Numbered from the stretch's first letter, positions 20,918-31,929 are shown. The stretch is DNA of 64,000 bases from an uncultured Gemmatimonadaceae bacterium (GCA_963829055.1 CAWHHI010000003.1:416001-480000); one strand, 5' to 3'. A program made the numbers and translations. The notes: generated by a model not told the origin, from the sequence alone.

Positions 20918-21658
20918 TCAGGGCCACGGCATCTTTTTGGAGTACGGTGTTCCGAACAGCGCGCTGAGGAGCGGATCTGGATCTTCGAGGCGCGCCACGA
21001 CGTCGATCAGATCGCCGCTAAGGACAGGTCGGTCGAACGTGCTGTAGCGGCGATAGCCGTGACAGAAGCACAGCGGCCCGCGACGTGAAAGGCGTCCGAG
21101 CAGAATGTCCGGGATCCCGACCCAGGACGACACGAAGAAATTGCTGAGCGTTCGCGGCCACATCGCGTCGTCGTTCACGATGCCTCTCGGCATTGATCCG
21201 TGCTTCCCCCACTGCACGTCGATCGAGACGGTTCCGCGGCCACGCCAGTCTGCGTGGAGCACCTTCCCGTGCCAGTACGTCCAAATGTCTGTTGGCGCCT
21301 GAGTCGAGTCATAGCCGACCCACACGATCTCTTCGTCTGTCGCTTTCGTGAACGGGATCCAGGCGCCGTGAACGTCGTCGCGCCAGAGCAGGTAGTAACC
21401 GATGATTGGTCGGTTTGGATGGACGACTGCCACGACGCGCTCGAGCCGGAACCATTCGTCACGTTGCAGGTACAACACAGGCGCTAGTGCATGGGCTATG
21501 TGGACCGCTGGGTCGTCAGATGGGAGTGCCGAGGCGATCGCGGTTGGCCGAGTGGGGATGTGCGCTCTGGGGCCGCATCCGGCGAGCAGGGCTGATGTGA
21601 CCAGCGCACAGGCTGGAAGCGGTAACCGCAAGGCGTATGTATGCCTAGATTTGCGCAT
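20918..21658 (-). CDS. Hypothetical lipoprotein
   Basis: LLAGC lipobox; Trp-rich globular region; no family recognised. Confidence 0.65.
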   Translation of the reverse strand: MRKSRHTYALRLPLPACALVTSALLAGCGPRAHIPTRPTAIASALPSDDPAVHIAHALAPVLYLQRDEWFRLERVVAVVHPNRPIIGYYLLWRDDVHGAWIPFTKATDEEIVWVGYDSTQAPTDIWTYWHGKVLHADWRGRGTVSIDVQWGKHGSMPRGIVNDDAMWPRTLSNFFVSSWVGIPDILLGRLSRRGPLCFCHGYRRYSTFDRPVLSGDLIDVVARLEDPDPLLSALFGTPYSKKMPWP

Positions 21659-21731
21659 TTAGATGGTTACTTTTCGGTAGTGAGACACTCTCGGTTGAGG
21701 GTTTCTCGCGGTTCACCATCGGGGAGGGAGC

Positions 21732-21941
21732 ATGAGAAAGCCACGTCCGAACACGTATAACCCCGCCCAGGCACTTCATCTCATCTCGAGCGATCGTAGC
21801 GGCCGACCGCTCAGTTGTCCATCGTGCTCTGGCCCGATCGAACGCGATCCTACGCACACGCCTCCGCCGCCTCGTTCGCAAGTGACGCTCCGCTGTCGCA
21901 ATTGTGGCCGCTTCGCGCGATACATCGCGGGAGCCGCATAA
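21732..21941 (+). CDS. Small zinc-ribbon-like protein
   Basis: GGAGGGAG RBS; CPSC and CRNC. Confidence 0.6.
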   Translation: MRKPRPNTYNPAQALHLISSDRSGRPLSCPSCSGPIERDPTHTPPPPRSQVTLRCRNCGRFARYIAGAA

Positions 21942-22134
21942 AGCGCTGTCGTTCAATCGTTAAGCTAGAGCTCGTCGTCGTAAGTAGTGCATATTTCCTG
22001 CTTTTGGGGCCTGTCGATCTGCGTACATCCGTTTATTTTGGATGTACGGGTCTTGATCTGGTGGTCGCACCGCTCAGGGTGACCGGCAAGATCCGGGTCA
22101 CAGTTAGCCCCAGTACGGGACGAGGAAAGGTTTC

Positions 22135-22344
22135 ATGTCACGCATCAATGGCGTAGTGAAGTGGTTCAACGACGCGAAAGGATTCGGCTTCATTTCGCGC
22201 GACGGCGGCCCCGACGTGTTTGTCCACTTCAGCGCGATCCAAGGGTCCGGATTCAAGTCGCTGGCCGAGGGCGATCGAGTCGAGTTCGAGATCGTCCAGG
22301 GTCAGAAGGGTCCACAGGCGGCTGACGTCGTAAAGACGGCCTGA
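22135..22344 (+). CDS. csp: Cold-shock protein (CspA family)
   Basis: [24 protein letters not shown]. Confidence 0.97.
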   Translation: MSRINGVVKWFNDAKGFGFISRDGGPDVFVHFSAIQGSGFKSLAEGDRVEFEIVQGQKGPQAADVVKTA

Positions 22345-22358
22345 CCTCCTTCCCGATG

Positions 22359-22404
22359 AACGAAAGAGCGCCCCGGCATGCAATGCCGGGGCGCTCTTTC
22401 GTTT
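22359..22404. terminator. Probable bidirectional intrinsic terminator
   Basis: Perfect stem aacgaaagagcgccccggcat / atgccggggcgctctttcgtt between convergent genes. Confidence 0.85.
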
Positions 22405-22457
22405 GGACCTTCTCTATGCTGTCGTCTCGTTGGCAGCTTCCGCCAACGTTGCCCACG

Positions 22458-22733
22458 TCACGCGGCAAAGATCTCGAGCTGGCGGAGGTCTCCGTCGCTC
22501 GTGCCCGTTGCTGGGTCGCTGCAGGCCCCGAGCAGATGCGCGGTCTGGTGGTACAATCGGAGTGTCTGCACTGGCGCGATCATCGCGCGACCGCCGCGGC
22601 GTGCTATGAGCAGTGCTTCCTCTCGCACCTGGCGCGGCAATGCGCGCGCAAGTGGATGGTGAAGCAGCTCCATGATTCGCTGGGCGTCGCGAGCCAGCAG
22701 CGCAGTGCAAAGGGTATCCAAAAACGCCAGCAC
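22458..22733 (-). CDS. Small hypothetical helical protein
   Basis: GGAG before start; AT-rich upstream region; ends before the terminator. Confidence 0.55.
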   Translation of the reverse strand: MLAFLDTLCTALLARDAQRIMELLHHPLARALPRQVREEALLIARRGGRAMIAPVQTLRLYHQTAHLLGACSDPATGTSDGDLRQLEIFAA

Positions 22734-22906
22734 GGAGACTCCGTCGTATTTGGTGTTATATACACATTGTAACTAATACCCATGACGGTCAACCCTGTTC
22801 CCCGTAACAGGACAGACATTTTTCGCCCGGGGCACGGCTGAGCACCACCGGCGCGTTAACGCGCCGGTGGTGCTCAGCTCGATTCCCTCAGTTATTGGAG
22901 GGGCTC

Positions 22907-23612
22907 CTAGCCTGAAAGCAGATCGAAGCGGACCCCACGACGCTGATTCCTGCGCCGTCGAGGGGCGTAGCGGAACAGCTGGGCCGGGCGGCCACGCCCC
23001 TCGCTCCGCCACTCGTCTGTCGGCTCCACAAGCCACGCGGCCTGCAGGGCGCGTCGGAAGCTCGCCTTGTGAAGGCGACGCCCCAACAGCAGCTCATAGG
23101 TCTGCTGCAGCTCACTGAGCGTGAACGTTGGTGGCAGCAGACGAAACGCGATCGGAGCTTGGTCGAGCCGCAGGCGAATCGTCTCCAGGGCAGCATCGAG
23201 GAGCGCGCGCTGACGAGGCGTTATGCGTCGGCACATCCGCGAGCGCGAACCAACCACTCTCTTCGCCGTTCGGCAACGAGCTTCCTTGAGGCACCACGCC
23301 GACGTACGCGACGGACAAATCTGTTTCAGTCGGATGACGGCGCCCATCACCAAATGCGCCAACCTGCTCGAGCCACGTGGGCTCGACCTCAGCCGCTTCG
23401 GTAGCGATGCGTCGCGCCGCATCGATCATTGATTCATCTACCCGCGGCTCGTCGTGCGGCACCCACCAACGCTCACGCGCGCGCGCCTCGTCCGCTCGGA
23501 TGAGCAACACCGCGAGCTGCTTGCCTCGCGGCGTGAGAAGAACGACATCCACGGAGAATGTCGTGCGCCGCGGAACGGGTCGCGCAGCGGTGGCCTGAGG
23601 GCGTTCGCGCAT
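22907..23612 (-). CDS. NrtR-like Nudix/wHTH transcriptional regulator (frameshift near 23230)
   Basis: SVDVVLLT, WLEQVGAFGD, then FRLLPPTFTLSELQQTYELLLG and GRPAQLFRY. Confidence 0.85.
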
Positions 23613-23621
23613 CGTGCGCGA

Positions 23622-23649
23622 ATTAGTCACGAAAGGAGACTAATGTCAA
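23622..23649 (-). promoter_or_regulatory. Palindromic operator abutting a TTGACA -35 box upstream of the NrtR-like gene
   Basis: ATTAGTC-N9-GACTAAT at 23622-23644; TGTCAA at 23644-23649. Confidence 0.55.
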
Positions 23650-23800
23650 GGCCTCGCGAATTTTGTCACGGTTCGACACCAACTCAGAGACACGTCGGCT
23701 CGCGCGCTTATTGTAGGTCGGTCGCGAGACACCGTCAACGTCTCGTTATGATCCGGACGCGATGCACGTTCGCATCCGATCTGCATCTCGCGTGTCACGC

Positions 23801-25624
23801 TCACATCTCGAGATCGCTGCGCGTCGCGTCACGGCGCTCACCTCCACCGAATGATGCAAATGGCGGAAGACTTATCGGCAACGTGCCCGTGATCGCACTC
23901 GAGCCCAGCAGCGCGCGCGCTGCTGCCTGCTGCGAGACTTGGCTCGGACCCCACGCGATCATGTACGACGACACAGACGGTGTCTGTTGCAGCAGATACG
24001 GCGTGCCGAACGACACGAGCACCAGGCGCCGACTGCTTCGCATTCCAAGCTTGGCAATGAAATCGACGAACGCACGAGGCGCACCGGCCGTGGCGGTCGT
24101 CGAACTGATATTCACGTACGATCCGACGAGCACGACGTCGGACGAATCAGCAGCTGCTAGCAGTCGCTGAAAATCTGGAGCGACGTCGTCCGAGCTGACG
24201 AATTCGGTTCGCAAGCGAATCGTATGCACGTCGCATTTCCGCGGTGAACGCGACACCGGCGCCGAGATCGGTACGACGCGCGTACGTGATCGAGAGGACG
24301 CGCGTTGATCGCCGAGTGGAAAGCGGCACAGTTCGCATCGAATCGTTCACGAGCACTAGTCCGCGCTCGGCCACGCGCCGCGCAACCGCGGCATGAGTCG
24401 TATCGCCAACGATAGCGCGAACCGAATCGAGATTCACGAGGCGGGCGCGGTCGAGACCGAAGTGCCGCTTCCATCTCGAGCAGTCGTGCCACCGACGCGT
24501 CGATTCTCGATTCGGGATACCGACCTTCGCTGCACGGCAGCAACAACCGCGTCGATCGTCCCCGTCACGTCTGACGGCATGAGTAGCACATCCGCTCCCG
24601 CGGCGACCGCGCGCCGTGCGGCTTCAGCGGCGCCGAACTGGCGCAGCACACCAGCCATATCCATGGCGTCAGTGATCAACACACCGCCGTATCCGAGCGA
24701 GTCCCGGAGAAGTCCGGTGAGCACGCGCGGTGACAGCGTGGCAGGCACGCCGCTGCTGTCGAGGGCCGGCAGAATGCCATGATACGTCATGATCGCGCCG
24801 ATGCCCGCCGAGATCGCGGCGCGAAACGGTACGAGCTCTACCGAGTCGAGTCTCGCCCTACTGGCTGTAACCGTCGATAGCTCGAGATGGGAGTTCGTCT
24901 CGGTGTCTCCGTGACCGGGAAAATGCTTTCCCGTCGCGAGCATCCCGTGCTCCTGGACACCACGCACGAGCGCGGCACCAAGACGTGCGGTCAGCCGAGG
25001 GTCTTCGCTGAACGAGCGCGCGCCAATGACCGGGTTGGCCGGGTTGTTATTGACATCGAGTACCGGCCCAAAGCTGACGTGGATCCCGAGCGCCCTCCCC
25101 TCGAGCGCCGTAACACGACCGACGTCATACGCCAGCGTCGTGTCACGCGCTGCGCCGAGCGCCATCTGCAACGGGAAGACAGTCGCTCCGCCAAGATCGA
25201 TCGCGTTCGGCACAAAGTATCCACCGCGTACGCGAAAGCCGACTCCTGTCTCGAAGTCGGCGCTGAACAGTAGCGGGACGCGAGCCATGCGCTGAAGCGC
25301 ATTGATCTTCGTCGCAATGTCGAGTGGAGATCCCACCGACACGATGAAGCCGCCTACCTGCTCCTGCACGACGAGTCGCTCGAGCTGCGTCCACGATGGC
25401 GCGTCCGTTGCCGCATAGTCCCCAAGCATGAACGGCCACACCATCTGCGCCACCTTCTGTCGCAGCGACATCGTCGCGAGCACTGAGTCGGTCCACGCCG
25501 ACCGCTTCACCGATCGAGCATTGCCGGCGGCCACTGCACCAGAATGTTGGTGCGCGGGACGATGACGATGCACAAGCGGCCGCAAACACGCCGATTGTCG
25601 CGACCACAACGCGTGTCGACGCAC
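23801..25624 (-). CDS. Glycoside hydrolase family 3 (beta-N-acetylhexosaminidase-like), several frameshifts
   Basis: ADFETG, PVLDVNNNPANPVIGARSF, KHFPGHGDT, ITDAMDM; C-terminal SFGTPY domain in other frames. Confidence 0.85.
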
Positions 25625-25654
25625 TCCACCGCGCGTGACGACGCGGCCGCGCCG

Positions 25655-25933
25655 CTACCACTGAATCGTTCCTTTCTTCGTCGTGTCGACGTCCTCGCCC
25701 ATTCCGCTCTTGAAGAGAAACGCCGTCATGTTGTTCGTGAGGAACGCGCGGGCTTGTGGATCCATCACATTGAGGCCGTAATGGTTGATCAGCATTGTCT
25801 GTTGCTTCAACCATTCGCTCCAACATTGCTGACAGATCTCCTGCACCACGCGTGCGCCGATCTTGCCGGGAAATGGAGGGCGTTCGAAGCCACTGCGCGT
25901 CTGTCCGCAGCGCGAGCAAGTCACGTCGGGCAT
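25655..25933 (-). CDS. YggX-like Fe(II)-trafficking / oxidative damage protection protein
   Basis: PPFPGKIG, WSEWLKQQTMLIN. Confidence 0.85.
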   Translation of the reverse strand: MPDVTCSRCGQTRSGFERPPFPGKIGARVVQEICQQCWSEWLKQQTMLINHYGLNVMDPQARAFLTNNMTAFLFKSGMGEDVDTTKKGTIQW

Positions 25934-26148
25934 AAACTCTGGAGTCGAGGCGGTACGGGTCGATCTTTCGCGATGCCCGCTATGGCGAATCGATGGCGAT
26001 CATCGAAGGCATCGGTGTGCCCCGAAACGTAAAGTGCCGAGCGACTCACACCCAGTGGCGGAGATCGCTCGGCACTCTGCTTTCGCGGTTCGTCTTGCTG
26101 CTTTCGTCACGCACGCAGGTTCGCCGAGCGCGACGGTGTTCGCATTCG

Positions 26149-26911
26149 TTATGCGCGCCCTGTGCTGCGGGCGTACTGCACCTTCGCCAGGCCAATGAGC
26201 GACAGGATTCGGATGTAGAACCAACCTACATCGAACTCATACCATTTCGCTTTGAACTTCGCGGAGTGCGGGTCGGCGTGATGGTTGTTGTGCAGCTCTT
26301 CGCCGCCGAGCCAGATCGCGATCGGTGAGATGTTTCGGCTCTCGTCCTTGACCTCGAAGTTGCGGTAGCCGAGCGCGTGACCGACTCCATTGATGATTCC
26401 GGCCGCCCAGAACGGAATCCAGATCATCTGAACACCCCACACGATGGGGCCGACGAAGAAGCCAAAGAGATACAGATCGGCCACGAGCATCAGCGAGGAT
26501 GCCGACCCAGTTGAGACGGCTCAACAGCGCGCGCTCGATCCAGTCGTTGGGCGTTCCCTTGCCGTACTTTTCGAGGACGCCCGGTTGGCGGACGGCGGCG
26601 CGGTAGTAGAAGGCACCTTTGAGTACGATGTTTCGAAGCCCCTCGACGAGCGGGCTGTGCGGATCACCTTCTCGGTCCGCGAAAGCATGGTGCTTTCGAT
26701 GACATGCGACCCACTCCTTGGTGACGATCGCTGTGGACAGCCACAGCCAGATGCGCATTGGGAACGCCGCGAGAAAATGAAATTTGACGCTGCGATGAGT
26801 CTGTGCCCGATGTAGAAAGAGCGTCACGCAGACGTTCGTGAGGTGGCCGGCTACAATGATGAACACAATCGGTTTCCACCACGCCGTTCCCCAACTTCCA
26901 AAATCTGGCAT
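26149..26911 (-). CDS. Acyl-CoA (delta-9-like) fatty acid desaturase, frameshift near 26490
   Basis: His boxes HRAQTH, HRKHH, HNNHH across two frames. Confidence 0.9.
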
Positions 26912-27106
26912 CGCGTCGTTTCTCCGTCCCGGTTTCGATCTGCCCCGTCGCAACGAGCACTCGACGATGAGGTCCGGCGCACGAGGGCGCCGGGAAATGA
27001 ACCCTCAATGTACAAAGCACCTTCCGCTCTTGACAACCACGACCGCACACTGGTTTCTGGCGTTGGGGCTTGCTCGGCGCTACTGGGCTACATACCGTCA
27101 CCAACA

Positions 27107-28213
27107 ATGACGAGACGAGGCAGCCAGGAGATCGCTACGGAGCAGCGCGCCACCGCCGCCGGCACCGAGCGGTTCCAGCGGCGGTTCGGCGAGCAGTTCG
27201 TCGAAGACTTCTTCCGCCCCCTCGGCGGCGGGCTCGTCGCTTCGTCGATTGGGATCGGTACATACCTCGGCGAGTGCGATGATGCTGACGACGTCACCTA
27301 CGCTGCTGCTATACGCGCCGCTCTCGAGAACGGCATCAACATCATCGATTCGTCAGTCAACTACCGCTGCCAACGGTCCGAGAGAACCGTAGGACTGGTA
27401 CTTCGCGACGCCCTCGCTGACGGAATCGTCAAACGCGATGAGGTGATCGTGTGTACGAAGGGCGGCTACATCCCGCTCGACTCGTCAGCGCCGTCAACGC
27501 GCGATGAGTATCTGTCGTATCTCCAGCGCACGTTCATCGACACGGGTATCGTGTCCGCGGACGACGTCGTGGGCGGCGGCCATGCACTTTCGCCATCGTT
27601 CCTCGCACACCAGATCCAACTCAGCCAGACGAATCTCGGTGTGCGCACGCTGGACGTGTATTACCTGCACAACCCCGAACAGCAACTCGATTCAGTACAG
27701 CCCGCGCGGTTCCGAACGATCCTCCGACGGGCGTTCGCGTTGCTCGAGGAGCGCGTCGCGAGCGGAGACATCGGATGCTACGGATGCGCAACGTGGAACG
27801 GATTGCGCACGGCGCCGGACGCGCGCGGACATCTCGACCTCGCTGAGCTCGTGGGCATCGCTCGCGATGTTGGCGGCGAGGATCATCATTTCCGCATCGT
27901 ACAGATGCCGGTGAACCTGGCGATGTCAGAAGCGGTGCGGACGCCGACGCAGCGGCTCGGCACTCGGCGCGTCGTACCACCGTTACAGGCAGCGACGGAA
28001 CTTGGCCTCTCGGTTGTTGCCAGTGCGACACTCATGCAGGCGCGTCTCACCACCGACCTGCCTGCCGCGTTGCGCGATACATTCCCCGCGCTCGCGACCG
28101 ATGCCCAGCGCGCAATCGCGTTCGTGCGGTCGCTTCCCGGCGTGAGCTCGGCGTTGGTGGGGATGCGCTCTCTGGATCACGTCAGCGAGAACATCGCCGC
28201 GGCATCCCGGTGA
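27107..28213 (+). CDS. Aldo/keto reductase
   Basis: SSIGIGTY, GINIIDSSVNY, VCTKGG, LDVYYLHNPE. Confidence 0.9.
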   Translation: MTRRGSQEIATEQRATAAGTERFQRRFGEQFVEDFFRPLGGGLVASSIGIGTYLGECDDADDVTYAAAIRAALENGINIIDSSVNYRCQRSERTVGLVLRDALADGIVKRDEVIVCTKGGYIPLDSSAPSTRDEYLSYLQRTFIDTGIVSADDVVGGGHALSPSFLAHQIQLSQTNLGVRTLDVYYLHNPEQQLDSVQPARFRTILRRAFALLEERVASGDIGCYGCATWNGLRTAPDARGHLDLAELVGIARDVGGEDHHFRIVQMPVNLAMSEAVRTPTQRLGTRRVVPPLQAATELGLSVVASATLMQARLTTDLPAALRDTFPALATDAQRAIAFVRSLPGVSSALVGMRSLDHVSENIAAASR

Positions 28214-28559
28214 GCGACGGCGATGCGTCGTCCTGACGGCGTCGGGTTGCCGTGCGTGCGAGTCGCACGCCGCGTCAGGCAGAGTGTGATCGGCGAGGGA
28301 GAGGCCTTTCACCGGACGTCCCCGGATGGCGATCGCGGTGAGAAGGCCGATCTCCACTCGCCTGCACAATTCACGCAATGATCACGCGCGCGTTGCACTG
28401 GCGTGAAAGTTGGCGATTGTTGCGAATCACGCAATACGCTGACAACTCATTCCGAACAATTCGCGAAAATATTCTGCCGTCGATTTCGGTCGCTCCGATC
28501 GCTCTGACTGCCCCGATGTCGATCGACATTGTCGCATCACCTCGGCGATTCTCCAGCTC

Positions 28560-29579
28560 GTGAGCGACGAATCATCCCGACCCTCGCATCATCGCGCGGG
28601 CGGCGGCTTTCGCAACCCGTGGCCTGGCGGTACGCCGCGCGGACTCGGCGGCGTACTGCGCTGGATGTTCTACGATCGCGTCGTTCATCCCCGCGAGAAG
28701 GATCCTCCACGATCAGCATTTCCGCTGGTTCAGTCGTCGTTCTTCTCGCCGCGCGCGCTCGCGAAGACGTTGGGCGCGACGTGGGTTGGTCATTCCACGG
28801 TGCTCGTTCAACTCGGCGCGACGAACATACTGACGGACCCCATGTGGTCCGAGCGCGCGTCACCCGTGTCGTTCGCTGGGCCACGCCGCGTCGTTCCGGC
28901 CGCCGTGTCACTCGACGCGTTGCCTCCGCTCGATCTCGTTCTGCTCTCACACAATCATTACGACCACCTCGATGAGGTCACCGTTCGGGCGCTGGTCGCA
29001 CGTAACCCCGAGGCAACGTGGGTCGTGCCGCTCGGCGTCGCGGCATTCGTTAGGGCAGGCGGCGCGCACAACATCGTTGAGCTCGATTGGTGGCAGGTGA
29101 TGCGGACCGGCGAAGTCGAGGTGACGTGCACGCCGGCGCAACATTTCAGCGGACGAAGCATCAACGACCGGGATCTCACGTTGTGGTGTTCATGGAGCGT
29201 GAGGTCCCACGATCTCGCGCTGTACTTCGGCGGTGATAGCGCGTACCACCCCGAGTACCCCGCGATTGCGTCCCGATGCGGGCCGTTCGATGCCGTGTTG
29301 CTCCCGATCGGCGCGTATGAGCCACGATGGTTCATGCGAGCGGTGCACATGAACGCGCAGGAAGCCGTTCGCAGCTATCGTGACCTGGTTGCCGGCACAT
29401 CTCGCGACCGGCGGACCATCATGGTCCCGATCCACTGGGGAACGTTCAAGCTGACGGACGAGCCCCTCGATGAGCCACCCGCGAAACTTCTCGAGGCGTG
29501 GGACGACGCGGGGCTGTCGAGGGACGATCTCTGGCTGCTCCGGCACGGGGAGTCGCGCCATGTCACAATCGGAGCGTGA
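28560..29579 (+). CDS. MBL-fold metallo-hydrolase (NAPE-PLD/RomA-like)
   Basis: WVGHST, SHNHYDHLD, PAQHFSGR, LPIGAYEP, PIHWGTF. Confidence 0.92.
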   Translation: MSDESSRPSHHRAGGGFRNPWPGGTPRGLGGVLRWMFYDRVVHPREKDPPRSAFPLVQSSFFSPRALAKTLGATWVGHSTVLVQLGATNILTDPMWSERASPVSFAGPRRVVPAAVSLDALPPLDLVLLSHNHYDHLDEVTVRALVARNPEATWVVPLGVAAFVRAGGAHNIVELDWWQVMRTGEVEVTCTPAQHFSGRSINDRDLTLWCSWSVRSHDLALYFGGDSAYHPEYPAIASRCGPFDAVLLPIGAYEPRWFMRAVHMNAQEAVRSYRDLVAGTSRDRRTIMVPIHWGTFKLTDEPLDEPPAKLLEAWDDAGLSRDDLWLLRHGESRHVTIGA

Positions 29580-29645
29580 TCAGGGCTCGCGGTGGACTGG
29601 TCCGCCGTTCAACTTCCCGATCCCATTCTGCCGATACGGTTAGGC

Positions 29646-30232
29646 ATGACCATCGCGACTCAGAAGGCGCTGGTGCCTTCGCTGGCATCGATTGCCTTGA
29701 TCCTTGCGTGCCCCGACGCAATTGCCGGGCAGTCGTTGAGCACACGCCCGGCGTCTGTCGCGTTGACGGTGGTGGTGCCCCCACGCGCGCCGCCCGTGCT
29801 GGTGGAGCAGTGACGGATGGGAGTGCGACCGTCCTCGGTCGCACGTCCACCGCGGTCGATCTCGAAACGATGGTAGGGCTCGGAGATCACCTGACATCCC
29901 GGATCGAGGTCCGGCTCGGAGCCGCGTGGACCACGGATTCCGCGCGCGTGTGGGTACGAAGCCGAAACGGCACGTTCGAGCAACTTCTCAGCAACACAAT
30001 GATCGTGGCGCTCGACGCGCCACTCGCGCGTTCGGTCGTGCGGTCGCCGTTGCATTTCCGTGTCGAGTCGGCTCGGCCCCTCGCGTTGCCGTCGCTGTCG
30101 ATTCCGGTCGAGTACCGCCTGACTGTCGGCACCGGAGACGAAATCGCGGTGTGGACCTTTCCGACGGTCATCCGATTCGATTCGACCCCACCTAACGTTG
30201 ACTTCGGATCGCCGTCGCCATCTAGTCGTTAG
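29646..30232 (+). CDS. Secreted beta-rich hypothetical protein (frameshift near 29805)
   Basis: Signal peptide in one frame (MTIATQKALV...AIAG-QS); beta-rich body in the 29498..30232 frame. Confidence 0.5.
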
Positions 30233-31929
30233 GCTCGACGGGCGGTCGCACAGCCGCCGGCGGCGGCGGGTGTCGCCTTCCCCGGTAGCACGCGGCGCAC
30301 GACGATGCGAAGTGGCGTGCTCTCGCGCTCGAGGCGCGGCGTCGCGGTAGCGGGTGCGGAGACCAGCTCGAACTGACCGGTGGCGAGGAACTCCTCGAGC
30401 AAGACGCGAACTGGAACGTCGCGGCGGCTGGACATCCGAACGAAGAAGCGCCCGCGCGAGTCGGTCACCACGGCCGAGCCACCGATTTCGACGGTTGCGC
30501 CGTCCACTGGAGTAGACGCTTCATTCACGACCGTCCCCTCGACGATATAGCGCTCGAACTTGATCTCCACAGCGTGGCCGCCCCCGCCGAGCACGTCGCC
30601 CGCGTAGAAGAACGTGCTTGCCGATCCAGTGTAGTTCACCCGACCGTCGGGCATCACGAAGCTGGCAGCGTTCACGCGATAGCCGCCGATCGGGACGCGC
30701 ACGTTCAGCGCGATCGTCTGCACGAAGGGCTGCGTGGGACGATATGGTGTGTGAACGACCTGGTAGTCCACACCGACCGACGCCAGCCCTGACGCCATCG
30801 CTCCGCCGAACGAGACGGACGTGCGGCCATTGGCATATGTCAGTACCTGCAGCACCGATAGTCGCGGTGAGAGGAACTCGCGAACGTGCAGCACAGGCGT
30901 GGTGGAACGGGCCGGTGCCGGCGACCACACGCGCAACAGGTAGAAATCGGCTTGCAGCCAGCTCGCGACGTCGCGAGCTGCCGTGAAGTACGAGCTCACA
31001 CTCCGCGTCCCGGGCGTGCGTGAATCGAAGATGCCGGCCGCGAGGTTCGCGCCGATGAATCGCGCCGATCCGAACGCCTGGTTCAGCATCGCGCGATCTG
31101 GAGCGTTAGGCAGCGTGGAGTCCTGGCGGAAGTGCTGACGGCCAGCTCCGAAGGAGAAGCCGGGTGCTGGCCGAACCGTGACCACGATGTTCTCGCGGTC
31201 TGCCTCGCTCTGTGCCGGAGTAGGCACTCCGGTTCGACGGAACCGATCACTCATGCTGACGTATGCCGCTCGCACGTCCAGCCTTTCATGCCTGATCGCC
31301 ATGCTCGCCGATCCGTACGGCTTGTTCCCGCCGACGCCACCGGTCGCGCCGGCTTCGAAGCCGCTGGGCGACTCCCACTTGATGCCCCCGAGAACGGTCT
31401 GGCGCGACGAGAACAGCGCGTGCGTCGTTAGGCGTAGCGTGGGTGATAGCAGACGCTCTGCCTGGACGACACCGATCACCTTGTCCTGATGGAGCGCGTT
31501 GACGAACGGCGCCGGCGTCGCGACCGCGCTCGTACCGGCGAACGCATACAGCGACGACCGTCGAGTCGCCCGGCGAAGCCCGGCACCTTGCGCTAGAATC
31601 GCGTGCGAACCTCCGAATACGTCGGTCGCGAAACGGACGGCAATCGCGTCGTTGCCGAGGCGCAACGTATCGCGCCCGAGCCGCTGTTTGAGGAACGCAC
31701 TGAAGCGAAACCCGCCGAGATAGCCGAGCCCGAGGTTCCCTTCGAACCCTTCGCCCCAAACGTTGAGTGCACCGCCATACCCCTGATACAACGAAGAGCC
31801 ACCACCCTGCACTTCGAAGACCTGCGCGCGCACGACGGTCGGCACTGCCACCATGGACGCTGCGACAACCAGCGTCCGTGACCAACGCTTGGTCGCCGAG
31901 ACGACGGTAAGTGGCGCAGTGACGTTCAC
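30229..31929 (-). CDS. Putative outer-membrane beta-barrel (usher-like) with C-terminal carboxypeptidase-regulatory-like domain
   Basis: GTG start overlaps upstream stop; signal peptide VRA-Q; many amphipathic strands; C-terminal EGTVVNEASTPVDGATV...TDSRGRF. Confidence 0.6.
   Translation of the reverse strand: MNVTAPLTVVSATKRWSRTLVVAASMVAVPTVVRAQVFEVQGGGSSLYQGYGGALNVWGEGFEGNLGLGYLGGFRFSAFLKQRLGRDTLRLGNDAIAVRFATDVFGGSHAILAQGAGLRRATRRSSLYAFAGTSAVATPAPFVNALHQDKVIGVVQAERLLSPTLRLTTHALFSSRQTVLGGIKWESPSGFEAGATGGVGGNKPYGSASMAIRHERLDVRAAYVSMSDRFRRTGVPTPAQSEADRENIVVTVRPAPGFSFGAGRQHFRQDSTLPNAPDRAMLNQAFGSARFIGANLAAGIFDSRTPGTRSVSSYFTAARDVASWLQADFYLLRVWSPAPARSTTPVLHVREFLSPRLSVLQVLTYANGRTSVSFGGAMASGLASVGVDYQVVHTPYRPTQPFVQTIALNVRVPIGGYRVNAASFVMPDGRVNYTGSASTFFYAGDVLGGGGHAVEIKFERYIVEGTVVNEASTPVDGATVEIGGSAVVTDSRGRFFVRMSSRRDVPVRVLLEEFLATGQFELVSAPATATPRLERESTPLRIVVRRVLPGKATPAAAGGCATARRA

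Noticed and set aside
22795..22810. CTGT-N8-ACAG resembling an E. coli SOS box
   Set aside because: GC-rich spacer, the LexA motif of this lineage is unknown to me, and the adjacent gene is not a recognisable repair gene
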